Shown here piece by piece: positions 28,558 to 42,278 of a stretch of 64,000 nucleotides of DNA. The stretch is taken from positions 124,001 through 188,000 of the forward strand of contig NIVC01001450.1 of NCBI GenBank assembly GCA_002269645.1, read 5' to 3'. The notes beneath the pieces were generated by a model, which was not told where the DNA came from, searched no databases, and worked only from the letters and a program-made list of their open reading frames with translations. The first letter of the stretch is position 1; each line of letters opens with the position of its first letter. The position numbers and the translations under genes were made by a program. This DNA is from Macrostomum lignano. Taxonomy: Eukaryota.

Positions 28558-30199
28558 TTGCAGCTCTGCAATCTTGCTCTTGCTTAGCCTTGACTTCTTA
28601 TTCGTGGGCTTCTTCTCTGGCTGCTTGCGAAGCCATGTTATATATCGCGAAGCCGAGAGGGTTATATTTTCTATCGAGAGGGTTAAAGCTCAGAGGGCGT
28701 GGCCGTCTCTCTAGGCCGTCAACGTGTATTTATACCATAGACAGTACTATTCATATAGCCCAAGCTTCAGTGTCACCCACATGCATATGCACACTCATAC
28801 ACAACATACTGTACAAGTAGAAAATTTACATATAGAATTGGGGTAGACATAGAAGTAGACAACCCAGTGGGAAAAAACGTTCCGCCTGACGTTCCGGCGA
28901 CCGTCTGTTTTTGGTCGGGCGACCGGATTTTAGGCGGTATTAATGTCCGCACGCCTGGCGCACCGGGCAGGCCCGCCCCGGGCGACTGTTATAGATATTT
29001 TTAGCTTAAAATCCTTTCAGTCTACTATTAGTAGCATGTGATGAAATTGCATGAATCTGATTTCTAGCTAGCTGCTTCCCATTCCCGCTTTCCGCTCGCT
29101 ACCCGCTCCTCGCTACCCGCTCCTTGCTACCCGCTCCTCGCTACCCGCTCCTGTCCCACTCATTCATGTGTTACTACGCGTTGAATCGCTTATGCCAGTA
29201 CGTCACATCAGCAACATAATGGAACTAGTATGCCCTGTATGAGAGGCGTAAATGTTTTATTTAAGCTAGCATTTTCGATTGTATTTATAATTTTAGTAGT
29301 AAAATAAAAATTGCATCTAATATTATGGAACATGCAACATAAAGTTATGACACGTGTTGGGCTGCGCCCTTTCAGTGCGTATGTACTCGTACTTGTGTTT
29401 TCAGTTTTCATGCCACCCCGCCCCGTCCCCAGTCTCGCGCCCGGGCCAGGGTTTGTGAGAGGCGTAAGTCTCAACCCTGGCCTAGCCCTTTGCACCCAGC
29501 CCCCCGGCCCAACCTCTGTCCAATCTGGGTGCCGACCCCACCCTCTCCCTCGTTGCCCGCCTCACCCTGGGGCTGCGCGTATTGGCTGGCTGGCTGATAA
29601 GCCGGCTGGGCCCCAGGGTTTGGCTCGCCCTCTCCAGTCTGCCCCACCCCGTTCCCCCTTTTTTTGTGTATTATTTTAAGGCTAGCCCTGAGCGGGCTGC
29701 GCTCCACGCGCTTCGTTCTTACTGTTTTTTTCGTTCTTCGGCGTACCTCTGCCCTTTGCGTGCCAATAACTGCTTCGTGCCAATAACTGCTTCGTGCCAA
29801 TAACTGCTTCGTGCCAATAAACGCTTCGTTAATAACTCGATACATCAAGAAGAGGTGAGCGCGTGCTTTCTTCTTTCGGGTTGCCGCGTGGGGCCGGATC
29901 TGTAGGGACCTGGGACCGGTGAACACTCGCTGATCCCAGGGTGGTCGGTCAGGCGAACTCTCGCCGAACCGAGCGAGGCGGTCGTAGGAGTAGCCGGGGT
30001 AGAGGGCTGGGACCGGGGTGTCTCAGGCGGGAGGGCCCGAACCCTGACCCGTCCAGCGGCCATTAGGCCGAGACACAACACACGCAAGACATGGCATAAA
30101 TTAAAGTAAAAAGTGCGAAGCTCAAATGTAAAATCTAGTAAAGTAATGCATTTTTCAGTTCAGGGGATTTCACTTTCAGTATAATAAAGAAAGTTTTCA

Positions 30200-32439
30200 G
30201 CTGGACGGATCTTCGTCCGAAGAATCCGAAATAATTGCCACCATTGTTCGGCGCCTCTTGGCTTGCGGTTGCAGCCAAGCAGCTGGCAGCTGAAGCAGCT
30301 GGCGAAGCTACCAGACTGAGGCGCTGACGCGGCTCGGGTCTCGGCGTCAGGAGCAGTCTGCAGCCCGTTGCTGCCGGCGACTCTGCGAGACCGATTGATG
30401 AACCCGCTGCCGCCTGCTCAGGCGTGCCGGTGTGAAGACGAGCCGGGTGGCCATCAGTTCGACGCCTGTGCACTCTCGGCGTTGATCGATCGCTGGCGTG
30501 CTTTAGAACGGCCTTAATGGCCTCCTTGACATCATGCTTCAGCGTCTGCGGCGGCTTCTCCGGTGGCTTGTAGAAGCCTTTAACAGTGTCTGATGTGGTA
30601 AATGAAGTAAGGTAATACCTTATTAACAAATTTACGTTTTTTTTGCATGCGTAAAAACTCATGCTACTTGTTAGTAGTATGGTTTACAAATACAGTAGCG
30701 GCATGAAATTCGAATTTGGTACTCTTTAATTCTTTAAAGTTGTTTAAGGATTGCTACTTGCAGTAGGATATAAAGAAAAGTAGATGATGTGAAATATGTT
30801 ATTCGTATACGGCACTTCTTATCTAAATTTTCCCGAAGGCAATACTGATTCTTACCGACAAAAAGGTCCAAGAAATTCTGCCGAACGCTGAGCTGTTTCT
30901 CACTGAGCTCGGTCGGAACTTCTCGCTGAGCCCTGGCAGGCATCCCAAGTCCCGTCAGGTTAACCCCGCACTGGAAGGCTGGCGTCATTGCGGTGTCCAA
31001 CATCATCCGCACGGAGGAGCGTAAATCTGCACCCTGGCAGCAGTGCAGCAACGCCACCTGTTCTAGTGAATCAGGTGGGAGAGCAAATTGCTACGATTAT
31101 GTGTGCTCCTATTGTACCTGAGTACAATCAGAGTACCTCAGCGTCAAATCTTTTCGACACACCCTATTGCACCACATATAATGAGCTCACCAATTCGCGA
31201 ATGTTCTCCAAGGGAGATATCGCAAAGTGGACATAATCCTGCCAACTTGAAATTGGCCAGAATCTTGTCCGCGGCTCGCCTGCCGTGTCCGGCTCGCCTA
31301 CCGAAGCGGCAGCTGAAGCAGACGACGGCGCAACTGAGGCAGCGGATAGTCTTGCGTAAGCAGCTCGCAAGCCAGCCATTTCCTGACGCAGAGCCGACTG
31401 CTCCCTTTCCCTGGTGGCGTGCTCGTCGGTCAGTTTCCGCAGCAGGCAGAGAAACAGAAAGCTGTGGCCCTCTGAACTCGTCAGGCTGCAGTTCATCGCA
31501 GCCTGGGCTTTCTCTCCTAGCCGACGGATGACCTCGTTACCCGGCCAATTGAGGAAAGCCAGATCGGCTCGGGGTTCGAACTCCATCGCATCACCCGCTG
31601 CAGTTGCTGCTGCTGCTGCCACAGTCGGGGACTTCGGCCGGCAAGACGCGTCGGCGTCGCTGTCCGCCGCAGCTGCAGCCCCTGTCGGCGACTCCGGCCG
31701 ACAAGACGCATCAGCGCCGCTGTCCGCTGCAGCCACGGATACAGCCACCGTCCGAGAATCCTCATCGTCCGATGACTGCAACTCGCCGTCGTCCTCAGGG
31801 GCAAGTTGCGCCTCCGTAGTTGCGCGGCCTCGCTGAAAATCGATGAGCGACTTGGTCCGACAGGTCTCTTCAACGTCGGAGTCCTCGACCGCTGCAGTTG
31901 CTTTGGTGGCGCGCCCGTTTACAAAGGCATCGCTGTCGAGATTTGACTGCTCAGACTTCTCACCCTGTGCAATCGAGACAGCAATTTGCAAATATTTTAG
32001 GATCGTATATGGATCGTATATAGATAGATAGATAGATAGATACAGGAATTTATTTTCCGTTTATTATATAACGAACCTGTGCCTGATACAGACGGCGGGC
32101 TAGCTTGGCGTCCGAGGGCTTGAAGACTCGCGGCCTCAGCTTCATGAGAATGTCTGGTATGCTCATTCTCTTCTGCAGCAGTTTCCGGACGTAGCGGATA
32201 CTGACCTCCGTGTCCGTCGGCACCAACTGGTTTAGATCTTCCAGGTGCACCTGGATGATGATCGCGTTGTACGCTACACCTTCGTAGGTCGCGTCGCACA
32301 TCCAGGCTTCCTGGGCGTCTTTTTTCTCCAACCACTTCTCCCGCGACCATCCCTCCATTTCGCTGGGAAGGAAGACGTTGGTCTCAGGAACTTCCACAAC
32401 CTGTCTGTCCTTTTTGAAAATTACGATTAATTTCATCAT
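30200..32439 (-). CDS. Multi-exon EnSpm accessory gene with DUF4806-like domain (exon and stop boundaries approximate)
   Basis: Exonic ORFs 32439-32077, about 31990-31190, 31057-30860 and from about 30600. FWPISSWQDY...SSVRMMLDTAMTPAFQCGVNLTG...VKEAIKAVLKHASDR pattern. Divergent from the transposase. Confidence 0.65.
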
Positions 32440-32757
32440 GTCGTTGACTCTCAGTTGAGTTTGGCTTCTGAATAGTTAGGACACTATATTCATATACCTG
32501 AGCTCAACTCAACTCAACGATCTATTACTCAGCCCCCCCCGATGCAGGTTGCTCATTGGCTGCCTGGGATTCACGTTTGGGATCACTTCCTCAGCCGCTC
32601 CCTGCACATTCCCCAACTCCGTCTCCCCTCCGTCAACCCCTCTTTCTATTTGAATTTTTCGTTGTCACATTTTCTTACTACAGAATGTAATGCTATAATG
32701 CTATTATTTCTACTATAATACTGGTACAAAGACTATTCCTTTAATAGAAAAATCATA

Positions 32758-34756
32758 TTGACCCCTATGGATAGAATATATACAAGCAGGCAAAAGCGGC
32801 GGCGTGTTGAGCAGCTGACTGATCTTCTGTTTAGTACCGACCGCAGGGCTAATACAAATGCTAAGTGCACTGTGAATGCTGTGAGCCAGGTAGAGTCGCA
32901 AGAGGCTGAAGACGTGCTGCAGGACGTGGCTGCTGAATCACTGGACAACCCTGTTTGCGTTGACGAGCTGCCAGAGGAGCCTCTGACAAGCGGCTTAGAG
33001 CAAGAAGAGGCCATTTTCGACTCCGAACTCCGCGTGGAAGATCAGCGGAGCATGGAAACGAAGCTGCTCGACCTTCTCGTTGTCTTCTTCATTCTCTACA
33101 ATGTCCCTCGGGAAAGCATTGACTTCCTTTGCCAAGGACTCAACAAGCTTGGAGTACCGGCCCCGAAGTCTGCTTACGTGATTCGGAGTCGTCTGGAGGA
33201 AAGCAAGTCCGGAGGAAAGGAGCAGAAGATGTCCATGGTGAAAGTTGGTGAGGGGTACTTCAGGTACATTTCTATAGTCTCTAATCTCAAATGGCTATTC
33301 TCGAAAGGTCTCTTAAGACTCACAACGCCAGTCCCTTGAGTTCAACGGACGAATATAAAGTCTACAGCTTGAATGCTTTTGTGAACTCTGACGGCCTCCC
33401 AACTTTTAAGTCGTCCAACTTTGGTCTATGGCCTCTTCTGATGAGGATTCCCGAGGTCTTCGCCAGGCCCTTTGCTATTGGACTTTATGCTGGCAAAGGC
33501 AAAGCCCCACTTGACGACTATCTTCGCGAATTCTGCAAGGAGGCCACAGAACTGTCAAGACAGCCGGCGAAAATATGCGACTCGATTGGTATAATGTTCA
33601 AAAGCTTTTGCTTCGTTGTGGACACCCCCGCTCGATCGTACCTGTGTAGAATCGCAGGACACACTGCTTACGATGGGTGCAGCTATTGCCGAGCCCATGG
33701 GCTTTATGTTCAGGGCAGAGTGACTTTTCCTAAGAAGGTCGAAGCACCTAGAAGTGCAAAAGAATGCCGCGCAGGACAGGAAACCAATCAGGCGAATAGA
33801 AGACTGTCGCCATTGCTGAATGTTCCGAATGTCGACTTTGTCAAGTCCTTTCCGGTCGAGGTTCAGCATGCTGTTTTTTGGGAACCGTTCGTCGACTGTT
33901 TACTTATCTGTTTGACAAGGATGAGGGCCGGAACTGCAAGATTAAGCCAAAAAAAGATTAGTCTTCTGTTTGACAGAATAGAGTCGATCGCCAGCTGGAC
34001 ACCTTCAGAATTTCAGCGGAGACCCAGGAGATTGGACAAGGACCTCAAGTTCTTGAAGGCCAGTGAATACAGGCAATGGGTTCTGTACATAGCACCTGTA
34101 CTTTTTAAGGGCGTTCTGCCTGACTACCTGTACGACAATTTCATGCTGCTACACTACGCACTCTTCGTGTACTCCTCACCTCGCCACTCAAAGCGCTTCA
34201 TTCAGGCAAAGACTTCAATTGAGGTTTTCGTGCAGCAATGTGCCACTTACTTCGGGCAGGTGTCCATTAGCTATAATATGCATGCACTTCTGCACCTGGA
34301 TGACTTCGTCCGGCACTATGGAGGACTGGCAGACATCACGACATTTCCCTTCGAAAATTACCTAGGCGGACTCAAACGGCGCATCAAAGTTACGCGACAC
34401 ATGGCTGCCCATTCAGTGAAACAAATTCTGCTGCTTCGAGAATTAACTACAGACGATGCAGTACGTTGATCCAGTTTTCCAACAAGAAGCGGGACAACTG
34501 CTGCTATATTGGTAAGAAAGTCGTTTTAATCGACTACATCAGTGGAGCTGTGGCGGAGGGGAGAGTCCTGCAACCTGTGGAGAACGTGTACACTTATCCC
34601 TACAAATCTTTGACTTTGGGCATTGGTGTCTACCGCCTGACTGAAGAGTCTGCAACTGGTAGTCCGACCCGCAAGTGCTGGCTTCTGCCGCATGTCGACT
34701 GTGCGAGGTCTGATCTCTTCTACGTGATTCCGCTGGCTGGAGAAGATGGATATTAG
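32758..34756 (+). CDS. EnSpm/CACTA transposase (frameshifted in this sequence)
   Basis: NSDGLPTFKSS..LWP, VDTPAR, GHTAYDGCSYC, QHAVF(L)G, PSEFQRRPR, KASEYRQW, SYNMHALLHL, FPFENYLG. Confidence 0.88.
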
Positions 34757-35064
34757 GTGAGATTTCGAAGCAGTTTATTTCGAAAATATAATAGACTGAG
34801 AGTGATAAGTTGATACGTTGCAGTAGATAGAGAAGTAGAGGGAGAGTAATGTATATATATATATCCAATTGTCAGAGAGTGAGATTCTGAGATGGGAATT
34901 TTATGAGAGTGAGATTATGTAGAGAAAGTTAGGGGAAAGAGGCGATGAAGATGGAGAGAGGAATAGACTAGCAGATTGGGTAGATCTGCTGATTCGGGGG
35001 AATCGAATGTCAAGGTACCCTAAATAAAATAAATGAAGTAGATTGAGCAAGTAGGGTTACAATC

Positions 35065-35270
35065 CTCTCGCACCTCCTTATCTTCAATGCAGGAAGTGTT
35101 CCGACTCCTCTGCTTTTACTGCCGAATCTGCAGCTGTCAGGTGCTCGGGAATTGTTTGGGAACATTCAGTCATTGATAAACCGATTGCTGTCTGATGCCA
35201 GTGTCCTGTACGGTGACATTATAATGACATACAATACCCACGTGCTTTTGCACATTTTGCACATTGTCTG
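35065..35270 (+). pseudogene. Short second EnSpm transposase fragment
   Basis: Translates ...DASVLYGDIIMTYNTHVLLHILHIV*, matching the LYG...YN.H.LLH motif. Confidence 0.5.
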
Positions 35271-36308
35271 AGCTGAATGCTATGGAAATTTGTTTGCTAG
35301 GAATACCCGTTTAGCGCATTAGGTATTTCGATTATTTATCTTTGAATGTTTCTTCTTTTATGTTTGCTACGGAATATCTCATGAAGTGAAATATATTTGT
35401 ATTTTTATATTTTTAGGAGAGAGTTAGCGTTTTCAATTCTGCATTTTTTCGAGCTTGAACGTCTTGAGTCTGGGTTATGAATAATTCATTTCTCTGTTGT
35501 TCCTAAAACAAATACAAGACTATTAATACCAGCTATTTCATTTTTGAAGCCTTTCATTTGCACGAAGTGTCAGTTGTTTGTTGCCACCTGCATTCAGTAT
35601 TTAGAATCAAAAGCAAGATATATATATATATATGGAAACCTAAAGACGAACTAACTCTACATCTGTTCATGGGGCTATACGGGCATACAGATAAGATATC
35701 GGCTGTGCTCCGCTACCTCAGAGCTCAGACACTCAATCATCCTGTCATAGACAGTTTTATGGCAGGAAGACTGTTTTAACCGCAGGCCCTTATCGAAAAA
35801 TATATGGTCTGTTGCGCGGACCCGTGAGTAAGTAAGCAACTGGACACGGGGGCAATGCTTCTCCCTCCGTCTTTCCCCCCAGTTGGGGGCTTGGGGGTCT
35901 TTGTTCCACGAGGGAACTTTGTTCTTTGTTTCTTTTTTTCCCTTATTGTAAATGTATCTAAGAAGGCGCATTTCCAACGAATTGGGTTGATCACTTCCAA
36001 ACCTGCTTATCAAAATCGAAACTGCATTTTTATTCCTTGGTCTGTTGGGGCTGACTGGGAAATTGAAAATTTTTTGATAGGAAAAAAGGCAAATTGGCTA
36101 AAACTAAAAAACAATGGCTCTGTGAACTTTTTATGCAAAAGGCTTGCGATGGTATGAATGTCTCTCTCTTTCCCTTCTCTTTGTTCTGTCACGAAAATCT
36201 TTACCGGAGAGACACAAGCCTCATTTAAGGCTTGTAGATAACATTTGACATGAATTTCTAACTCAGTGTGCGTGTGCACGCTCTCGAAATGCACAAGCAT
36301 ACAGTGGA

Positions 36309-39211
36309 GTGAGTGGACTCACTCTGACTCACTGCCCAGTGCCCCACTCAAAAGTTTTTGCCCTTGCTCCTACCCTCTGCTCTGATTCCATATCCTCTCC
36401 CCTGCTCAAAAACAACGAGAACAATTTCATACCACATGTTTGTTTTCCTCTCCTCTCCATCCCGGGAATTATGCGCTTCGAAATGTCAGCTGGCAAAACA
36501 CGAGCCCCTGGAAGGATGTCTTATCCAAGACACATCTTATCTGATGTTCTGACGATCACCAAAGAGCTGCGAGTCTGCAGCTTGCACTTCCTGTCTACCG
36601 CCTACAACTGCCCAGCTTTAAGACACAGTGCCGGAGCACGGCTGCGCTGGGACGCCCTTCCAGACCTCGAACTGACGATGCCTCGCTTGAGTCGTTACGA
36701 TATCAAACCAGTGGTAGCTAGAAGTGATGAAGAAGCGGATAACACCTACCCACCTCAGCTCGAGCGCTGGGACAAAGATCCAGTAGCGGTAGCTATGCCT
36801 CATTTAATTCTGTCTACGCAGTCTAGAAATCAGTGTGTTGCAAAATCTGCCATAACCGCTGGGCATAGCAAGACTTTAGTACAGCTAAGAAAAACACGTC
36901 AGCGCGTGAGCAGACAACGAGCGACCATCAAGCGTCTGCAGCAGCAAATTTGCAAGGCTAAGGGGATTAAATTCAGAAGTACTCCAATGCGTCGTATGGC
37001 CTCAAACAGCAGGAAGCTTCACTTCATCGCAGCTCGCGGCATGAGATGGTCAAAGGATGACCTCACCGCTACAATAAGGCTCCACCATAAAAACCCGGCT
37101 GCATACAGGATGCTCAGAAAAGATTGGCAGCTACCCCTTCCTTCGGAGTCTGCACTCAAGCGCCGGACATGTCAGTTCTTCAAATCGCCAGGAGTCTGCT
37201 CAACAACTCTGATGCTGCTGAAACAGAAACTTGCCACAGGCCCAGAACATCAGCGAATAGCAACCCTATGCTTCGATGGGATGAGCCTATCACCTAGCGT
37301 TCGCTACGATCAACACAAAGATAAGGTCATCGGCTTTGACACAAGCAGCTCCACTGAAAATGCTCAGCGAGTTCTAAAGCCTATCACGGAAGCCATCGTT
37401 GCTGTTTTGCGAGCCGTTTCAGCAAACTGGAAGCAAGCTATCGCCTATTACCCAGTTCATCGAACTCTCGGACAGTCGGGCTTTGCCGCTGCAATCGAAA
37501 ATTGTCTCCATGCGAGTCATGCTATCGGTATTCGAGTCATTGCTCTTGTTGCTGACCAGGAGACAACACAGTGGGCACTACTCTCTCGAATGGTAAGTTA
37601 GTTATTTGGCTACTAACTTGTATTTGTGGGACTATACGAGGACTATATAGTCTATACGGGGACTATATCGATATAACTAAATCTGAAATATCATTTACTG
37701 ATTTACAAAATTTCGAGTAATTAAATGAAAGCTAAATCGCCTAAATGTGATTTGCAGGTCTCACCATCTGCGCCTTTTTTCGTCACCCAGTGAGCCTAAA
37801 GCCGGTGTATGTGATAGTAGACATACCACATTGTCTGAAGAATCTACGCAATGCGCTTATGAAAAACGATGTGGCTTTTGACGGAAACAAACTGGCAAAA
37901 TGGCAGCATGTTGTGGATTTTTTTGAAGCCGATCGTAGCCGTTCACTTCGATTGGCAAGTCGACTTACTGACGCTCATATCGCCCTACCGCTTGGACAGA
38001 AGATGCGCGTGTCTATAGCAGCTCAAGTGCTCAGTCATTCAGTTGCCAGCGGTATGCAAACTCTTTTGCATTATCAGGAAATAGAGCCCAGCGCTTCGCA
38101 GACGGCGGAGTTTCTACAGCGCGTAAACGATCTGTTCGATATGCTGAACTCCGCAATAGTGCACGACAAAGGCTTCAAGCGGCCGATCTGCCGCGAGTCG
38201 CTAGCTGCACAAACTAACGAACTGCGCAAAGCCGAGGCCTTTCTGCAGAGCTTGCGATTTTTACCGAAAAGCGGCAAGCCTGAAAAGTCGACTATGAAGT
38301 TTAAAGAAGCTTGGCGCCTTTCAGCTGCATCGATTCGTGAGCTCTCAACTGCGCTGATCGACGAGGAGAGTTTCGACTACGTCTGCACTCGCAGTCTGAC
38401 TCAGGATCACGTGGAAGTGAGTTGTAGAATAATTTTAATGATAATAAATTAAAATAGCGAGTTATCAATTAAATATTCAAAAAATGGCAACGTTTTGCAG
38501 AATCTCTTCAGCATCATAAGAGGCCGAAATGGTTTCAATGAGAAGCCCGAGCTGGCAGCATTTGTCGGAGCATTGAGATCAGTGGCAGCTAGCGGACTTG
38601 ATCGCCCTGATTCTGCAGCACGGAATTGTGAAGACGATGGGTGCACTGCGGCTGTGACAGCCAATCTTTCGCCTGCTGCTGCAGACACGAGCTGCGCATC
38701 TCCAAGCGACTTTCCTACGACCAGCATTGCTCAGCAGGCATCGCAGCCATCTCAACCAGATCCTATTCTTGCTGAAGCCACTAAGTACGTCGGTGGCTTT
38801 GTGCTCAAAACAAGCCGTGTTCTGGAATGCTGTGCATGCAAGCAGGTGCTAACTGCCGCAGAGCCTAGAGGTGTACACCTAAAGAACAAGCTATTTAGCC
38901 ATGCAGTCAACGGACTGACGCAGCCTTCAGCTGCTGCCCTTCATGCGTTTTCAAGATTGGAGGCGTCTTTTTTAGAAAAAATTGAAACATGCGCTTTGCT
39001 TCCAAAGGTGGCTGCACAAATTGTTAGCAAACTCCTGTCTGATGAAATCCAATTTCCGGCTTGCAGTGCACATTTTTCTGATGTGCACAACAGTATTGTC
39101 TTGGCATTTGTTCGCTTGCGGTTGCATCATTGGTGCCGGGAAAAGATGCGCAGCTTGAAAGCTGCTGCTTATAAGCGGTGTGCAGTTCGCAAAGTAAAGA
39201 AATTTAATTAA
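36309..39211 (+). CDS. THAP-domain P-element-type (THAP9-like) transposase, three exons; start uncertain
   Basis: THAP-like CSLHF...LRWDALP. Catalytic CFDGM, VADQ and QDHVE|NLFSIIR; DIPHCLKNLRN; QKMRVSIAAQVLS. Introns 37593-37757 and 38417-38500. One base missing in a T-run near 37780. Confidence 0.85.
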
Positions 39212-40059
39212 TTGACAATAAATTAGAAGCTGAATATCCTGACTAAACTGTTTTTTTACATTTTTCGTATTTTTCTACAGTCTTAAGTCTTAAATTCATT
39301 TCTTTTTAAATTAGTAAAACTGGGCAGACATGCTTATTTAATTACCTGCTTTTAGAAAGGCAGAGACAAATTTTGCACCTTTAAAAACTTTAAATTTCGT
39401 TTAAAACTATATAAATTTTACCTTCGCTTTAATAAAGGCAAAAAACGCTAATTTTACTACTGAAAAAAGAGTAGAAAAACGCATTTTTTGCGAGTGACAT
39501 ATCTAATTGTTCTAGTATCTGTGGTCTGAACAGGACCAGGTCTCTGATTCATCCATGGGTACGATTTGACTACAGACCATATATGACAGCTATATTAATT
39601 TTAGACCATATTTTTCCGTATTGTGGCGGCCAGATCGGTGCACGGCTGAGAGCGGAGCCCGCCAATACACAGGCCCCTGCACGCTTGGCTGCTGGGGAGT
39701 TTTGCCCAGTCAGCCAGTTCGATCTCATACCTCCCTATACTTGTTAACTATAAATGACTAGCTTAAACAAATATACGCGAGATCTTTTTGCTCGCTTGCT
39801 ACTTTTCAACTAGCTACCACTCGCAAGCCGCTTTAGTAGTTGAAAACTGGCAAGCGAAGCGACAAAAAAGGCTTCGAGAAGTTATGTTTTTCTTAAGCTA
39901 AGAGAAAACAAAGAGGAACAAAGACCACCAATAGACTCCCAAACTTCTATTTTGAAGCATGAATTTGCTAACTTTTTTGCATCAAGCAAACACAGGTTTT
40001 TGTGTTTGCTTCACGGTTATAAATATGGACTTTTACTACTAAATGCGCAAGAATAGTTT

Positions 40060-41230
40060 GGTTGGGCTCATTCACGATAGGATTAGCTACTCACTCACCT
40101 CTATTGGGGACATCAGGTCTGGAGACTCAGCAGGCGTTCGACTCCAGTTGATTTTGTTCTCCTCAATGAATTTCCGAGCAAGCCGGCTGGTATGCTTAGG
40201 ATCATTTTCCTTATTAAGGCAAAAAAGCAAGTCAAGGCAAGAATAATATTTCATGGCAATTAGTTTTAGAATAAGAAAATTAACACAGCTAGGACCAGTA
40301 ACTACGAGACTTGTACACATATACGCTCGTACACGCATCTAGCGAACACTTACTGCAAACAGTCGGTGGCCATTCGGAAACATGCTCTGAATTGTTGGCA
40401 ACAGAGCTCTGGCAAGAATTTCGTTGACATAGAACTCGGCTTTCATGATCCCTTTGAAGATTACAACTTGAGTGGCACCTCTGCGGCTAATTCCAGCCCA
40501 CACATGAACCTAAAGTATGCATGTTATGTATATTATCGAAAAAAAGTTACGATTCCAAGCATTGCCTCGTCGCTTAAGCCTTGTCTATAATATTGCCTAT
40601 AGAGTTCTCACCTTCAATGAATGCTTGGGCATTTGCATTTTAGGACGAGTAGCATGCATTCTCCGAAAAACAGTGCGGTGCGTTGTGCGAGACATGGCAA
40701 CTGTGCATTCGTCAGTAAATATCACATTATCAAACGAGTCGTTAAGGGCTAATTTCGTCAAGCTCCAGAGGCACCGAACAGGCTGGTTTTTTCTTTTAAT
40801 CACTTGGCAGTATTGAGTCGTTGTTCTAATCCACCCTAACTTTCGTCTTATTCTCTTAACGGGGCTAGAGCTAATTTTGAGACCGAATTCTGACTTTACT
40901 TTTAGACAAATGTCACCAGCTGAGATGCATCCCTCAGATTTCTTAATAAGGGTGTCAATATAAATCGCATGTTCAAAATCCCACTTGGTTTCGTTCTCCC
41001 TTCGAGTGATGGTACTTCTTTAAGAAATTAGATGGCGTCGAACAGCAGACTGTGAAACCCCAATAGTCCTACTAACGTCATTTACAGTTTTATGCTCTAA
41101 TAAAAACATTCTCCCAATGTCCGTTTTTTGAGAGGATGATAAACGGTAACCCTGCCTCATTTCGCTACAAAGAAAATTTGTATACTCGTCAGACAAATGC
41201 TAGGGCTAATACTGCAGTATATGCTTGGGA
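40060..41230 (-). pseudogene. Tc1/mariner transposase remnant
   Basis: VSRTIGVSQSAV (HTH-like), FDNVIFTDE, PKH..KV, ENDPKHTS, TPAESPDLMSPIE; several stops. Confidence 0.8.
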
Positions 41231-42278
41231 CACACAGAACATATATGAATTTTTATATGGTCATTAAATACAGCCAGCCCCCAGTCCCAACCAAGCAATC
41301 ATGAAAAGTTATAGAAACACTATGAAAACTATAGAAGACTGATACCAAGCGCCATGTACATGTACAGCGGGAATTGGGTGATTTAGTTTTGTGTACAGGG
41401 GACAGGAAATTTAGTCAGACCACGGACTGTATGAAAACTGATTGAGTATCTCGGGACAAAGAAGCAACAGAAAAAGACCGAGCATCAACTATTCAATCAT
41501 CATTTCTCTCTTTTCAAGCTGCTTCAAAAATGAAAAATCGAACGTGTAAAAACATAACTAGTTTCCGCACAAGACACCCACTAGCTCCATCTAAAAATGT
41601 GTTGAAATTCATGTTTCAGGCGAATATCTGGAAAGCGGATTAATCTAGAGACACGACTCTTTCTGCGGGTGATACCGACTGGCACACTCTAATGATGTGT
41701 AGAGTCCCAAAGCTGAGGCTACTGATACAGCTTGGAAATGTATACAAGCCTTTTGACTGTCAACTGTCACGTCACCGTGTCATTATCTCCCGGTTGCGGT
41801 TTGGTGGGGGGAGGCTGTCAGTGTTCTCTCAATTGGCCGCCTTTCAACCAGTGGGAACAAATATTCTATAGAATTCTATAGAACTACAAAGCGATTCCAT
41901 AGAAAAATCGTGTCTTTCCGTGAACCCAACTGAACCCCGACAATTTATCCCAGGAAGTCGGGATCAGGATTGGGAACGCATCTAAACTCTAAACAATAAA
42001 GAAAAGAAAATTATATGCTAGCTAAATTTTATCCATGTTAAGTTGCTTAAGTTTCTCACTATGGATGCTTGCAGAAGGGCTGTTGCGGTACTTAGTATAT
42101 CATTTGGTTCCGCAGCTAGTCACAGGTAATTAAGCCCATTCCACGGACTCGTGCACAAACACACACAGATACGTAGCTTGTACGCAGGCAGGCAGGCACC
42201 AACTCAACAAGTGTGTACATCTGCCCCTAATTTTTTTGAGTCAGGCATTGTCATTATTAAATAGGTTCTTTCAACGGC

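Larger units (their letters stand above)
24275..28806 (-). mobile_element. Complete Mag-like Gypsy LTR retrotransposon (mutated)
   Basis: TG...CA LTRs at 24275-24456 and 28636-28806, TSD TACTG (24270-24274, 28807-28811), PBS-like TGGCTTCGCAAG, PPT AAGGGGGGAGG (24467-24457). Confidence 0.95.

Noticed and set aside
29400-30070. GC-rich segment as a structured ncRNA or SINE
   Set aside because: No A/B boxes, TSD or recognisable RNA family.
35660-35710. Candidate P-element left TIR (CATGGGG or CATACAG)
   Set aside because: No matching right TIR or TSD found near 39500-39750.
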